From positions 32,001 through 96,000 of IMG/VR virus record IMGVR_UViG_3300021399_000099: DNA of 64,000 bases; one strand, given 5' to 3'. A program made the position numbers and the translations under genes. Under the pieces are notes generated by a model. That model worked only from the letters and a program-made list of their open reading frames with translations, had not been told where the DNA came from and did no database searches. Each line of letters starts with the position of its first letter. Positions within the stretch are counted from its first letter, which is position 1. Positions 19,595 to 27,261 of the stretch are shown here, piece by piece. This stretch comes from a virus (taxonomy: Duplodnaviria > Caudoviricetes).

Positions 19595-19999
19595 ATGGAA
19601 CATATCCTCAATGAGAATGAACTGAACGAGGCTTACGCCGAAATGAAGTCCATCTACGAAAAAACCCGCGAGCTCGAGAAAAGGAAGGGCGAAATCAACC
19701 GGATGCTCATCCAGAATGCCATCAACAAGGCAAAGAGTCGGTTCCCAGGTATCGAGCCAGGTGACAAGGTGAAGGTTGTACGTAAGACCTATGACTGGAG
19801 AAATCCCAATGCAACCGAAACCGTCATCAGGTATATGGGTGGTTATTTCCGTGACCGCTATGGCTCCAGTGATTATAATAACCACGACGAGTACATCAAG
19901 CTCGAACTCTATCAGGTGAAGAAGGACGGCTCACGCTCGCTCAAAAAGGACGAAACGAACATCAGTAGCATCATCTCCATTGAAAAGGTGGAGGAATAG
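19595..19999 (+). CDS. hypothetical protein
   Basis: ORF. Confidence 0.8.
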   Translation: MEHILNENELNEAYAEMKSIYEKTRELEKRKGEINRMLIQNAINKAKSRFPGIEPGDKVKVVRKTYDWRNPNATETVIRYMGGYFRDRYGSSDYNNHDEYIKLELYQVKKDGSRSLKKDETNISSIISIEKVEE

Positions 20000-20071
20000 G
20001 GACTCAATTGAGTACCTTTTGGCACGCTTTTTGTAATATAATATGCTGTAACCAATAAAACACAATACATT

Positions 20072-20431
20072 ATGGGACTTAGAGCAACAGTTATTAGAAA
20101 GTATGAAGTTGAATACGGTCACTCTGAAGGTTTCAACTATGGCGCTGACGAGTTGAGTGCAATTATCCGTACATTCTGCGATGACTACTTTATCGGGGAT
20201 GATGGGAACTGCGGTGGAGATACTGACGTGGTCTGGGAGATTGACCGGGAGCAGTTTAAACAAATGCTCGAACAGATAAAGAGTATGACGCACGAGGAAT
20301 TCGTTTCGGCAGTCCGGGATGAATATTATTACGAGGACGAGTGGGACAAGGAGTATATCGTGCAGGTCTTCGAGAACTTCCTTGCAGAAACACCGGAAGA
20401 TTCTAACTATGTTCGCTTCGGCTGGCTGTAG
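20072..20431 (+). CDS. acidic hypothetical protein
   Basis: ORF after promoter 20020. Confidence 0.8.
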   Translation: MGLRATVIRKYEVEYGHSEGFNYGADELSAIIRTFCDDYFIGDDGNCGGDTDVVWEIDREQFKQMLEQIKSMTHEEFVSAVRDEYYYEDEWDKEYIVQVFENFLAETPEDSNYVRFGWL

Positions 20432-20509
20432 TTTGGCACGATAGTTGCATATAATAGTACAGAACAAAACAACAATAAAAACATAAATCATTTAAAATCA
20501 ATTAGTTAT

Positions 20510-21169
20510 ATGGGTCTAGATATCTACTTCAAGAAAACCACCGTCCAGTTTCACGGTGACCCCTCGGACATCAAAGATTTCGACAACTTCTGCGAGGAAG
20601 CCAGTGATGCCGCAAGAAACGACCTCCGTGCCAAGATGGAAAAGATGCTCAAACCTCTTCGTGAGGCGTGGGATGCCCTCCAGACCAACGATTACTGGAG
20701 GAATATCTACAACGACCGCTATTTCGCCTTTGTGGAACAGCTCCGGTCTCTCATAGCCAAGAACTATGACTGGAAGATTTACCCTTACACCAAGGAGATT
20801 TTGGACTTCCCGGAGCTGGAGAAGCAGATTGACGATGAGGTCAAGTCCTACTACCTCCAGTATGATGCCTACTTCCGCAAGGTGAATTTCCTCTTCGCCT
20901 ACTACACGAACAAGGGCAAGATGGTTGATGAGTATTATGCCTTTACCGACAAGGAGGACATTGATGACATTATCAGCCGATGCGAGAGGGTACTTGCCGA
21001 CCATTCCCTTGCAAGCGAACTGCTTCCTACGCAGAGTGGCTTCTTCTTTGGCGGTACCGACTACGATGAGATGTACTTCGAGGATGTCGCTGACTGCCTC
21101 AAACAGATGAAGAAGTACCGCAAACTGCTCACTGACGGGGTTACCGGGTTCGTAATCTTCTCTTGGTAG
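20510..21169 (+). CDS. phage hypothetical protein (MGLDIY...YFRKVN...LPTQSGFFFGGTDYD)
   Basis: ORF after promoter 20434. Confidence 0.85.
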   Translation: MGLDIYFKKTTVQFHGDPSDIKDFDNFCEEASDAARNDLRAKMEKMLKPLREAWDALQTNDYWRNIYNDRYFAFVEQLRSLIAKNYDWKIYPYTKEILDFPELEKQIDDEVKSYYLQYDAYFRKVNFLFAYYTNKGKMVDEYYAFTDKEDIDDIISRCERVLADHSLASELLPTQSGFFFGGTDYDEMYFEDVADCLKQMKKYRKLLTDGVTGFVIFSW

Positions 21170-21176
21170 AACAAAG

Positions 21177-21215
21177 AAACCGGGGGCTAAAAAATGGAAA
21201 AAGTCCCCGGTTTTT
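21177..21215 (+). terminator. intrinsic terminator
   Basis: AAACCGGGGGCT...AGTCCCCGGTTTTT. Confidence 0.6.
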
Positions 21216-21273
21216 CTCCAATTTGGCACGGGATTTGCATATAGTATATCGTAACCAATTAAAACGTACTATT

Positions 21274-21495
21274 ATGACAAGAGTAAATTATCCTATGACG
21301 ATTGACGAACTTATCGTTGAGGCATTAAAAGCTAAGAAAAAGTTCGGCGGCAGCAAGTATGTCCTTATTTCCACTGATGAGGAGGGAAACGGATACCACG
21401 AGTGTTATTTCACATTTGGTGCCGGGGAGGAGATGCTTGACGGCTTCAACGGACCTTGTGACCTTAAGCCGGAGGAGTGCGTTACCCTTGGATAA
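21274..21495 (+). CDS. hypothetical protein (STDEEGNGYH)
   Basis: Start moved to ATG after promoter 21224. Confidence 0.75.
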   Translation: MTRVNYPMTIDELIVEALKAKKKFGGSKYVLISTDEEGNGYHECYFTFGAGEEMLDGFNGPCDLKPEECVTLG

Positions 21496-21529
21496 AAAGT
21501 TGTTTAACCAGTAAAAACGATATAATATT

Positions 21530-21772
21530 ATGTTTAGCGGCAAGAGATTTACCTACTATCAGCCCGAGGCTTACTACGACGATGGCACGAATGTCGATTA
21601 TGGCCCTATCCCTCCGGAACTCTATTCCTTCCAGGCATTTCCAACGAGAGAGGAGTGTGAGGCGTGGCTCGAGAACAACGGATACGAGCCCGGGGATTTC
21701 ACCATCCACGAGTACTCCGACGACGATATCGAAGATGTTGTCATAATCGATGCGGATGGTAACGTTATCTAA
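21530..21772 (+). CDS. acidic hypothetical protein
   Basis: ORF. Confidence 0.75.
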   Translation: MFSGKRFTYYQPEAYYDDGTNVDYGPIPPELYSFQAFPTREECEAWLENNGYEPGDFTIHEYSDDDIEDVVIIDADGNVI

Positions 21773-21801
21773 AAGATTAATCACTTAAAGTAATACTTCA
21801 A

Positions 21802-22083
21802 ATGAAAAGAGAAGAAATGGTAACAGAGAACCTGGCGATAGGCCTTCTGGAAACAGGCAAGAAACTCGTGTATGGTGTTCTTAATACAGCATACTATGAC
21901 CTTATGGGTTATGCATTCATCGCCGGTGACACTCCGGAATGCCTGGGAGAGGTAGGATGCTCTGAGGAGGATATCGAGGCGGCGGACATAATGGAAATCG
22001 GCAGTGTAATTTACGGAGGCTGGCCAGCAGATAAAGCCATCGTCATCATCAAAATGAAGGACGACCGGCTCGAGGTCAGGTAA
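21802..22083 (+). CDS. hypothetical protein
   Basis: ORF. Confidence 0.75.
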   Translation: MKREEMVTENLAIGLLETGKKLVYGVLNTAYYDLMGYAFIAGDTPECLGEVGCSEEDIEAADIMEIGSVIYGGWPADKAIVIIKMKDDRLEVR

Positions 22084-22202
22084 TAGGGACTCTCTTGAGT
22101 ACCTTTTCCTTATAAGGTTGATTTTTTTCCTTATTCATACTATTTATTTTAACCGGTATGTCCCTTATATTTAAATAGTGTATGTAAGATGCGGCTTAGG
22201 TT

Positions 22203-22285
22203 GCCGGTGGCGTATAGCTCAAACAGAAGAGTGCTCGAGTGGTTTAACCTCGAAGGATGTCAGGGGCGGTACCTGATTACGCGGC
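22203..22285 (+). ncRNA. aberrant tRNA-like cloverleaf upstream of rpsU
   Basis: GCGTA/TACGC acceptor-like stem, TA-GCTC...GAGT D arm, TCGAG/CTCGA stem with 9-nt loop, TCAGG-GGCGGTA-CCTGA T-like arm. Confidence 0.45.
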
Positions 22286-22305
22286 TAAGAGAAATATGTT
22301 TAATT

Positions 22306-22497
22306 ATGCTAAGAGTAATTGTAAATGAAGGAGACAAAATCGACAGAGCCCTGAAGCAATTCAAACGCAAGGTGAATAACACGAAGTTGATACAACAGCT
22401 GCGTGCCCGGAAAGAGTTTGAAAAGCCCTCAGTGACTGCCAGAAAAGGAAAACTCAGGGCGGAGTACATCCAGAGACTTCGCAATGAGCAGGAATAG
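22306..22497 (+). CDS. rpsU: ribosomal protein bS21 (phage-encoded)
   Basis: 63 aa; IDRALKQFKRK...LRARKEFEKPSV motif; Tyr54 present. Confidence 0.93.
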   Translation: MLRVIVNEGDKIDRALKQFKRKVNNTKLIQQLRARKEFEKPSVTARKGKLRAEYIQRLRNEQE

Positions 22498-22541
22498 CTC
22501 TCGAAAGATAGAGCATATTCACACAGTTTTTATTGGTTACA

Positions 22542-22579
22542 GAAGAGGGCCGTCGTGAGATGCCCCTCTTCAATTTTTT
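22542..22579 (+). terminator. intrinsic terminator
   Basis: GAAGAGGG...CCCTCTTC followed by T run. Confidence 0.55.
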
Positions 22580-22649
22580 AACCTTTCAACACACACTTTG
22601 GCACGAGTTTTGCATATATAGTGCTGTAACCAATTTAAAACAGATGATT

Positions 22650-22832
22650 ATGAATATGAACATTATCGAGTCTTGGTGGCGCCATAACGGAATCGCCGAC
22701 AGAATCCAGGCCAGTGGAATCTTTTGCTATGACGACGTGCAGTGGTTCTTCCAGAAAACAGATAACTGGTGGGATTCCCTGACAGATGACGAGAAGCGTG
22801 ACGTGTATGACGAATTCTTTAGCGAGAATTAG
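22650..22832 (+). CDS. hypothetical protein
   Basis: After promoter 22599; start uncertain (22644, 22650 or 22656). Confidence 0.7.
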   Translation: MNMNIIESWWRHNGIADRIQASGIFCYDDVQWFFQKTDNWWDSLTDDEKRDVYDEFFSEN

Positions 22833-22881
22833 GTACCGTGTCTTGTTAGTCTCAAAAAAAGTTAGTATATTAGAAATACCT

Positions 22882-22958
22882 CGGGGTGTATCGGCTCAAG
22901 CTTATACCTTGTCGAAACCGTAGCTGGTTGCACGGGGGTTCAAATCCCTCCACCCCGA
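22882..22958 (+). ncRNA. tRNA-like RNA, UAU anticodon loop, no canonical D arm
   Basis: 7-bp CGGGGTG/CACCCCG acceptor; CAAG-CTTATAC-CTTG arm; AACC-GTAGCT-GGTT hairpin; GGGGG-TTCAAAT-CCCTC T arm. Confidence 0.7.
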
Positions 22959-22979
22959 CAATATATTTAAAACTTCATT

Positions 22980-23396
22980 ATGAAACGATTCTTTAACTTA
23001 TCTACAGGTATAATGCTGGGTGTCATCGCGATAGCTGTTATAGTTGCGGTCCTTAGTTCCACCATTAATTGGCAGGCTGTAATCTGGATGGTTATCGCGG
23101 CGATGTGGGTCGCCATCGCACGCGTGAATGAGATGATGTCTGATGGTTGGAAAGAGCTGTACTATAGTACCAATGACGAATTGACGGAGCTCAGGAAACA
23201 GAACACTGACACTGACGCGAAGTATCAGACAGCAGTACAGGACCTGGATAACGTGACCCAGAAAGTCGAGGAGCTCACTCAGGCTCTGGAAGCGAAGAAG
23301 CCCCGCAGGAAAAAGAAGTTGGACCTGTCGGATGAAGACGTCACCAGGATAAAGATGGAAATGCGAACGGCAGGTCTGATTAAGGAAGAAGAATAG
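22980..23396 (+). CDS. two-TM plus coiled-coil protein
   Basis: Hydrophobic N-terminus and heptad C-terminus. Confidence 0.8.
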   Translation: MKRFFNLSTGIMLGVIAIAVIVAVLSSTINWQAVIWMVIAAMWVAIARVNEMMSDGWKELYYSTNDELTELRKQNTDTDAKYQTAVQDLDNVTQKVEELTQALEAKKPRRKKKLDLSDEDVTRIKMEMRTAGLIKEEE

Positions 23397-23414
23397 TTTT
23401 ATTGGTTATACGAT

Positions 23415-24027
23415 TGAAGCGTCGTCTAACGGCAAGACATGGGATTTTAGTTATTATAACTGAATGCACTGAGGGAAACCTTGGATGTAGAACCTCCCTA
23501 ATTCGGTGAAAGCTAAGTGAATGATGAAAGTAAGATTGTACGGCGGATTCCCAGAGATGGGGAACTATGAAGCAGTTCTTAATGTATGTACACTCATTTA
23601 TATGCCAATGCCGAGCCAATGTTATTCATCAATATATTATATGTCTTTGTAGGAGAGAACTGGAAAAGAATATTCCTTGCCCATTGTCGGCATAAGTTCC
23701 AGTATTGATGATAGACAGTGTGTAGAGACTATACAGGAGGAACCTAAGTTGAAATGCTTGATTACCCTACGCATGATTGACGTATAAATCCTATTATACA
23801 ACCAAATCATGAGTGAGATTAAAGAAACAACTAGTGAGTAGGATTAAAGCTAGGATGGTAATGAGCTGCTTGCAAGATTTCAATATGGTTAAGATACAGT
23901 CCAGACCACAAACAAATGAATCGACGAACGTCCTGAGGGATGTACAAGATAATCGTGGCGACATTTGGTAGTGAAAGCTATAGTGGCAAGGGTTCCCAGA
24001 ATAGAGGTTCGATTCCTCTCGCTTCAA
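23415..24027 (+). tRNA. tRNA-Gln(UUG), exons 23415-23448 and 23991-24027
   Basis: Joined exons give TGAAGCG/CGCTTCA acceptor, GTCT/AGAC D stem, TGGGA-TTTTGGT-TCCCA anticodon arm and AGAGG-TTCGATT-CCTCT T arm; no encoded CCA. Confidence 0.9.
23449..23990 (+). mobile_element. group I intron (542 nt, no homing endonuclease ORF seen) at tRNA position 35/36
   Basis: U before the 5' site and terminal G; P1 TTT|AGTTA-TTA-TAACTGAA with U.G pair; P AATTCGGTGAAAGC, Q AATGCCGAGC, R GTAGAGACTATAC, S AAGATACAGTCC; P3 CCTCC/GGAGG. Confidence 0.9.
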
Positions 24028-24209
24028 CAAAAAAAACATTCGGACCCTTGTTTTTTTAAAAACTTGTTTGTATATTTATATAGAGAGTAAAGATTTTCCA
24101 TTTTGTTAATAAGTTTGACCGGTTAGTTTGCCAGACACGAAGACAGCTGCCAGACCACCTGTAATAGGGACTCTTTTGAGTACCTTTTTTACGCAACACA
24201 CCTCCTTTC

Positions 24210-24540
24210 TCGTTCTTGCAGTTGGTGCCTGACGTTGTAGATGATACGGTCAAAACAAGTTCTTTGGTATATAACATAGCCGGCTCAGCGTACGTTTTCA
24301 GTGGTATCGCGGCGGTTATGTCGAACAAGGATACGTACAGCAAGATTTTTAGTATATTGAAATTACTTAAAAATCTGAGTAGCCCCACCGCGGTGATAGA
24401 CAGGCACCGTGGAATGAATGCAGGGATGGGAACTGCCGTCTTTACTACCGGTTACCTGGGAGACGTTAATAACCAGGTGCCCGTATCCTGTATTACCAGA
24501 GTGTTTAAAGAGGATGGCCACAACGGTCGTCCTCTTTTTT
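24210..24540 (+). ncRNA. candidate ~330-nt structured RNA with pseudoknot, ending in terminator
   Basis: Pairings 24224-31/24401-08, 24305-16/24387-98, 24328-35/24482-89, 24343-54/24364-76 and 24454-59/24473-78; terminator 24507-24540. Confidence 0.5.
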
Positions 24541-24592
24541 GTTTATATCCGGTTTTTTCTGTATATTTATAGTGTATAGAATATATCATATT

Positions 24593-25354
24593 ATGAAAAC
24601 ATATGGACCGAAACTAATAGTGAATGAATGGCGTGACCGTAACGGGGAATTAAAACGCGAAGAGCATAACGTGATGCCTCTGTCTGAGTCGTCCCTGAAC
24701 CAGATGATGCAGCACGGTGAAACCGGTATGGTTATCATCTCGGCGAACAGGAGTGCTATCGACTCAGAGAACCCGAAACTGTCCCTGAGGCCTGATTTTG
24801 AAAAATATGTAGAAAGCGTCGGGGGCTATGATTCCATCGACTCAGATGCATTGTACGACGAGGAGCAGAACTGGCTTAAGCGTCGTAATGCCAAGGCTGA
24901 CAAGATACTTCGCCGGGATATAAAGAATGCCGGCTTCTCTTACTCTCCAGTATATGGGGGCTATCACGGTACCGACGGCGTAGCAGACAGCTATGAGCCC
25001 AGTTATGTCGTATATTGTTACAACAGGGACGGCGAGCTCGTGAAGTTTGATTATCTAGAAGAGTTCGCTCTTGAAATGTGCAGGAAGTTTAAACAGGACA
25101 GCGTATATGTGCAGCGTCCTGGTGACCCTCCTGTATATCTGGACGGCGCCGGCAACCAGGTGAATTCAACGTCTTCAGACAACTTCAAGTTCAACAGAGA
25201 GAAGGAACAGTTCTACACCACAGCAAAGAGGGATAAGTCCAATCCACAACGCTTCACAGCGGACATTGTCTTTGAGAATATGTTTATCCCTCTGAGACCG
25301 GCGGATTACAATGAGAAACTCCGGAGGATAAAATCAGGGGAATACATACTGTAA
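24593..25354 (+). CDS. putative SAM-lyase-like protein with N-terminal propeptide
   Basis: IISANRS...GGY...EPSYVV...MCRKFKQDSVYV mirrors the T3 SAMase motif order (recalled); TATTTAT upstream. Confidence 0.45.
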   Translation: MKTYGPKLIVNEWRDRNGELKREEHNVMPLSESSLNQMMQHGETGMVIISANRSAIDSENPKLSLRPDFEKYVESVGGYDSIDSDALYDEEQNWLKRRNAKADKILRRDIKNAGFSYSPVYGGYHGTDGVADSYEPSYVVYCYNRDGELVKFDYLEEFALEMCRKFKQDSVYVQRPGDPPVYLDGAGNQVNSTSSDNFKFNREKEQFYTTAKRDKSNPQRFTADIVFENMFIPLRPADYNEKLRRIKSGEYIL

Positions 25355-25729
25355 GGTAGATTTGTTATTATGCATAGTCGATACCAGGTAAAATTGTCGA
25401 AATTCAGGCACTTTACCTGGTATTTTTGTTGAAATCTGGCACGCTTTTTGCAATATACCAGGTAAATACTTCTATGTTGCCAAGGCGGGAAATCCTGGTA
25501 CCCAGCGGACGAATCTTTTTTTAAGAGTGCCCGACGAAAAAAACCACTCTTGCCCGCTATTTTACTCAGGTAGAAATAATTTGCATTTTTTTCTTCCCGG
25601 GATATGGTTTGGCACGCTTCTTGCAATATACTGTACTGAAAGGTTAAAATAAAAAAGTGTGTGCGTGGGACCAGACCATTTCTGGGCTCTGCGGCACTGT
25701 GTATTATTGTATAGATAAAAAAATTGTAT

Positions 25730-26134
25730 ATGTGTTTATGTAAAACCCACAACGAACCAAAGATAGCCCATCACGATATCGAGGTATGGAAAATACTTAC
25801 GGATAAAGGGCTGTCGCCGTATCTGGATTACCAGTATCACCCGGGAATGAACAAACCTGCGTGTGCGAAAACAATGCCGGTCCCTGTCGAACAGCAACAT
25901 ATTAGAGGCGGATATCTGCATGCGTACGTATCCCATAAAAGGGCCGAGGAATATACTGTTCTTCTCCAGAAAATTCCCCCGAAAATTTTTGAAGACTATG
26001 TGGTCCAGAGAATGCTAATCCCCAAGGGCTCAATATATTATGAGGGCGCGAATGATGATATATGTGCCGAATGCCTCTATTGGCCAGAGGAAGACACCGT
26101 CCATCCCAACCCTATAAAGATTATGGAGATATGA
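25730..26134 (+). CDS. phage hypothetical protein, paralog of 26554-26925
   Basis: Shared MCL.KT...I.V.K.LT...SP...GYLHAY...M.IP.G..Y..G...L.WP. Confidence 0.8.
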   Translation: MCLCKTHNEPKIAHHDIEVWKILTDKGLSPYLDYQYHPGMNKPACAKTMPVPVEQQHIRGGYLHAYVSHKRAEEYTVLLQKIPPKIFEDYVVQRMLIPKGSIYYEGANDDICAECLYWPEEDTVHPNPIKIMEI

Positions 26135-26337
26135 AAAAGAAAACTGCAGATTCATCCCGGGACAGCACAAAATATTACCGGGCCACATATGTGACGTCAG
26201 ACGGCGGTACCATACAGGAGGTGTTTATCGCCAGGACCTTGGACGAAGCTAAGGAATACGCTGCCGGTCCGAATCTGTACGACCGGACTCTCCAGGGAAT
26301 AGAGGAGTTTAATGAATTAATTGAATCACTATTATGA
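26131..26337 (+). CDS. hypothetical protein
   Basis: ATGA overlap with upstream gene. Confidence 0.65.
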   Translation: MKKKTADSSRDSTKYYRATYVTSDGGTIQEVFIARTLDEAKEYAAGPNLYDRTLQGIEEFNELIESLL

Positions 26338-26510
26338 GAAACAGATTTACAGACACAGGACTCACCGCGGTCTCAGAGTTCCTAGAGACGGGCAAACTTC
26401 ACGGAACAACAGCCGAGGCAATCTACTGGGCGATTACAGCAGCCATAGCCGGCGAGGCCCATACAGTCGAGGAGGCACTTGTACAGGGGGCAAGTGAGTG
26501 GTATAAGTAA
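26334..26510 (+). CDS. hypothetical protein, 58 aa
   Basis: Hand-translated MRNRFTDTGL...GASEWYK; ATGA overlap. Confidence 0.6.
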   Translation: MRNRFTDTGLTAVSEFLETGKLHGTTAEAIYWAITAAIAGEAHTVEEALVQGASEWYK

Positions 26511-26553
26511 AAAAGCCCCGGGGAAAAAACATCATTAATGAAATAGTAAGAAT

Positions 26554-26925
26554 ATGTGTTTAGTCAAGACAGAAGAAACAGCAAGGGTTGCAACCGAACC
26601 GATAAAGGTATATAAGATTCTCACGGCAGACAACCGCAGCCCATTCCGGAACTATCGTTATAACGTAGGAGAGAACACGGCATATGGTCGCAATATCTTC
26701 TCAAGTGCCGGTCGTACGATAGACAGTGGATATCTCCACGCATATTTGTCACAGCCCGAAGCATATTCGAATCTTGCAATATTGCGGGGTTCATTAATTG
26801 GAACCCTCTCATTAAAGGTAGTTGAAATGTATATACCTGTAGGAACTGAGTACTGGTTGGGTGAAGGTTATGAAGTCGCCGCGGAACGTCTCGTTTGGCC
26901 GGACACTAATCTACCCTCCCAGTAA
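26554..26925 (+). CDS. phage hypothetical protein, paralog of 25730-26134
   Basis: Shared motifs. Confidence 0.8.
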   Translation: MCLVKTEETARVATEPIKVYKILTADNRSPFRNYRYNVGENTAYGRNIFSSAGRTIDSGYLHAYLSQPEAYSNLAILRGSLIGTLSLKVVEMYIPVGTEYWLGEGYEVAAERLVWPDTNLPSQ

Positions 26926-27000
26926 TAGGGACTCTTTTGAGTACCTTTTTTCTACCATTCCGTTTCACCCCGCTATTTATAAAGGATAAAACTTAATAGC

Positions 27001-27261
27001 GTGATGAATACATTCCTTACAAAGATTGCCATGCTTGGTCTGTTCCTTCTGGCGGTAACCTGTGCCTGGGCTGCCCTCGTTATGGTCTTCCCGGTATCCC
27101 TCGTGAATATTCTCCTAGGGATACTTGCAGCATTCTTCCTCCTCAGGGCATTCGAATTGGCCGATAAAGTCAATAAGCTCGGTCCGTACTCCGAAGGTGA
27201 AGAAGAAGATAGCCCACCACAGAAGAACGGGGATAATAACGATTCCCCGGGTGAAGAATAA
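27001..27261 (+). CDS. small two-TM membrane protein
   Basis: Hydrophobic N-half and acidic tail; TATTTATA upstream. Confidence 0.7.
   Translation: MMNTFLTKIAMLGLFLLAVTCAWAALVMVFPVSLVNILLGILAAFFLLRAFELADKVNKLGPYSEGEEEDSPPQKNGDNNDSPGEE

Larger units (their letters stand above)
443..25624 (+). promoter_or_regulatory. Array of ~42 sigma54-type (-24/-12) promoter motifs, consensus TTTGGCACG-N4-TTG(C/T)WWTA, often followed by TAGTATAGTGTAACC
   Basis: GG-N10-GC/GT spacing checked at each site. Position of the base before GG: 443, 700, 1529, 1909, 2393, 2673, 3109, 3158, 3526, 3815, 4410, 5259, 5816, 6262, 7267, 8140, 8991, 9402, 9762, 10594, 11103, 11514, 11971, 12279, 12585, 13045, 13759, 14104, 14899, 15298, 15643, 16611, 17227, 18103, 18563, 19148, 20020, 20434, 21224, 22599, 25437, 25610. 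All are intergenic or overlap the upstream stop, and are co-oriented with the downstream gene. Confidence 0.85.

Noticed and set aside
23440-23452. Ochre-suppressor (UUA) reading of the split tRNA
   Set aside because: It would need splicing after A. Group I chemistry and the P1 U.G pair place the site after U23448, giving UUG.
23794-24039. Homing endonuclease within the group I intron
   Set aside because: Only short antisense ORFs are present, with no LAGLIDADG, GIY-YIG or HNH motif.
443-25624. CRISPR array interpretation of the recurring intergenic repeats
   Set aside because: Repeats are degenerate and separated by whole genes of 150-2000 bp; no 30-40-nt spacers and no cas genes.
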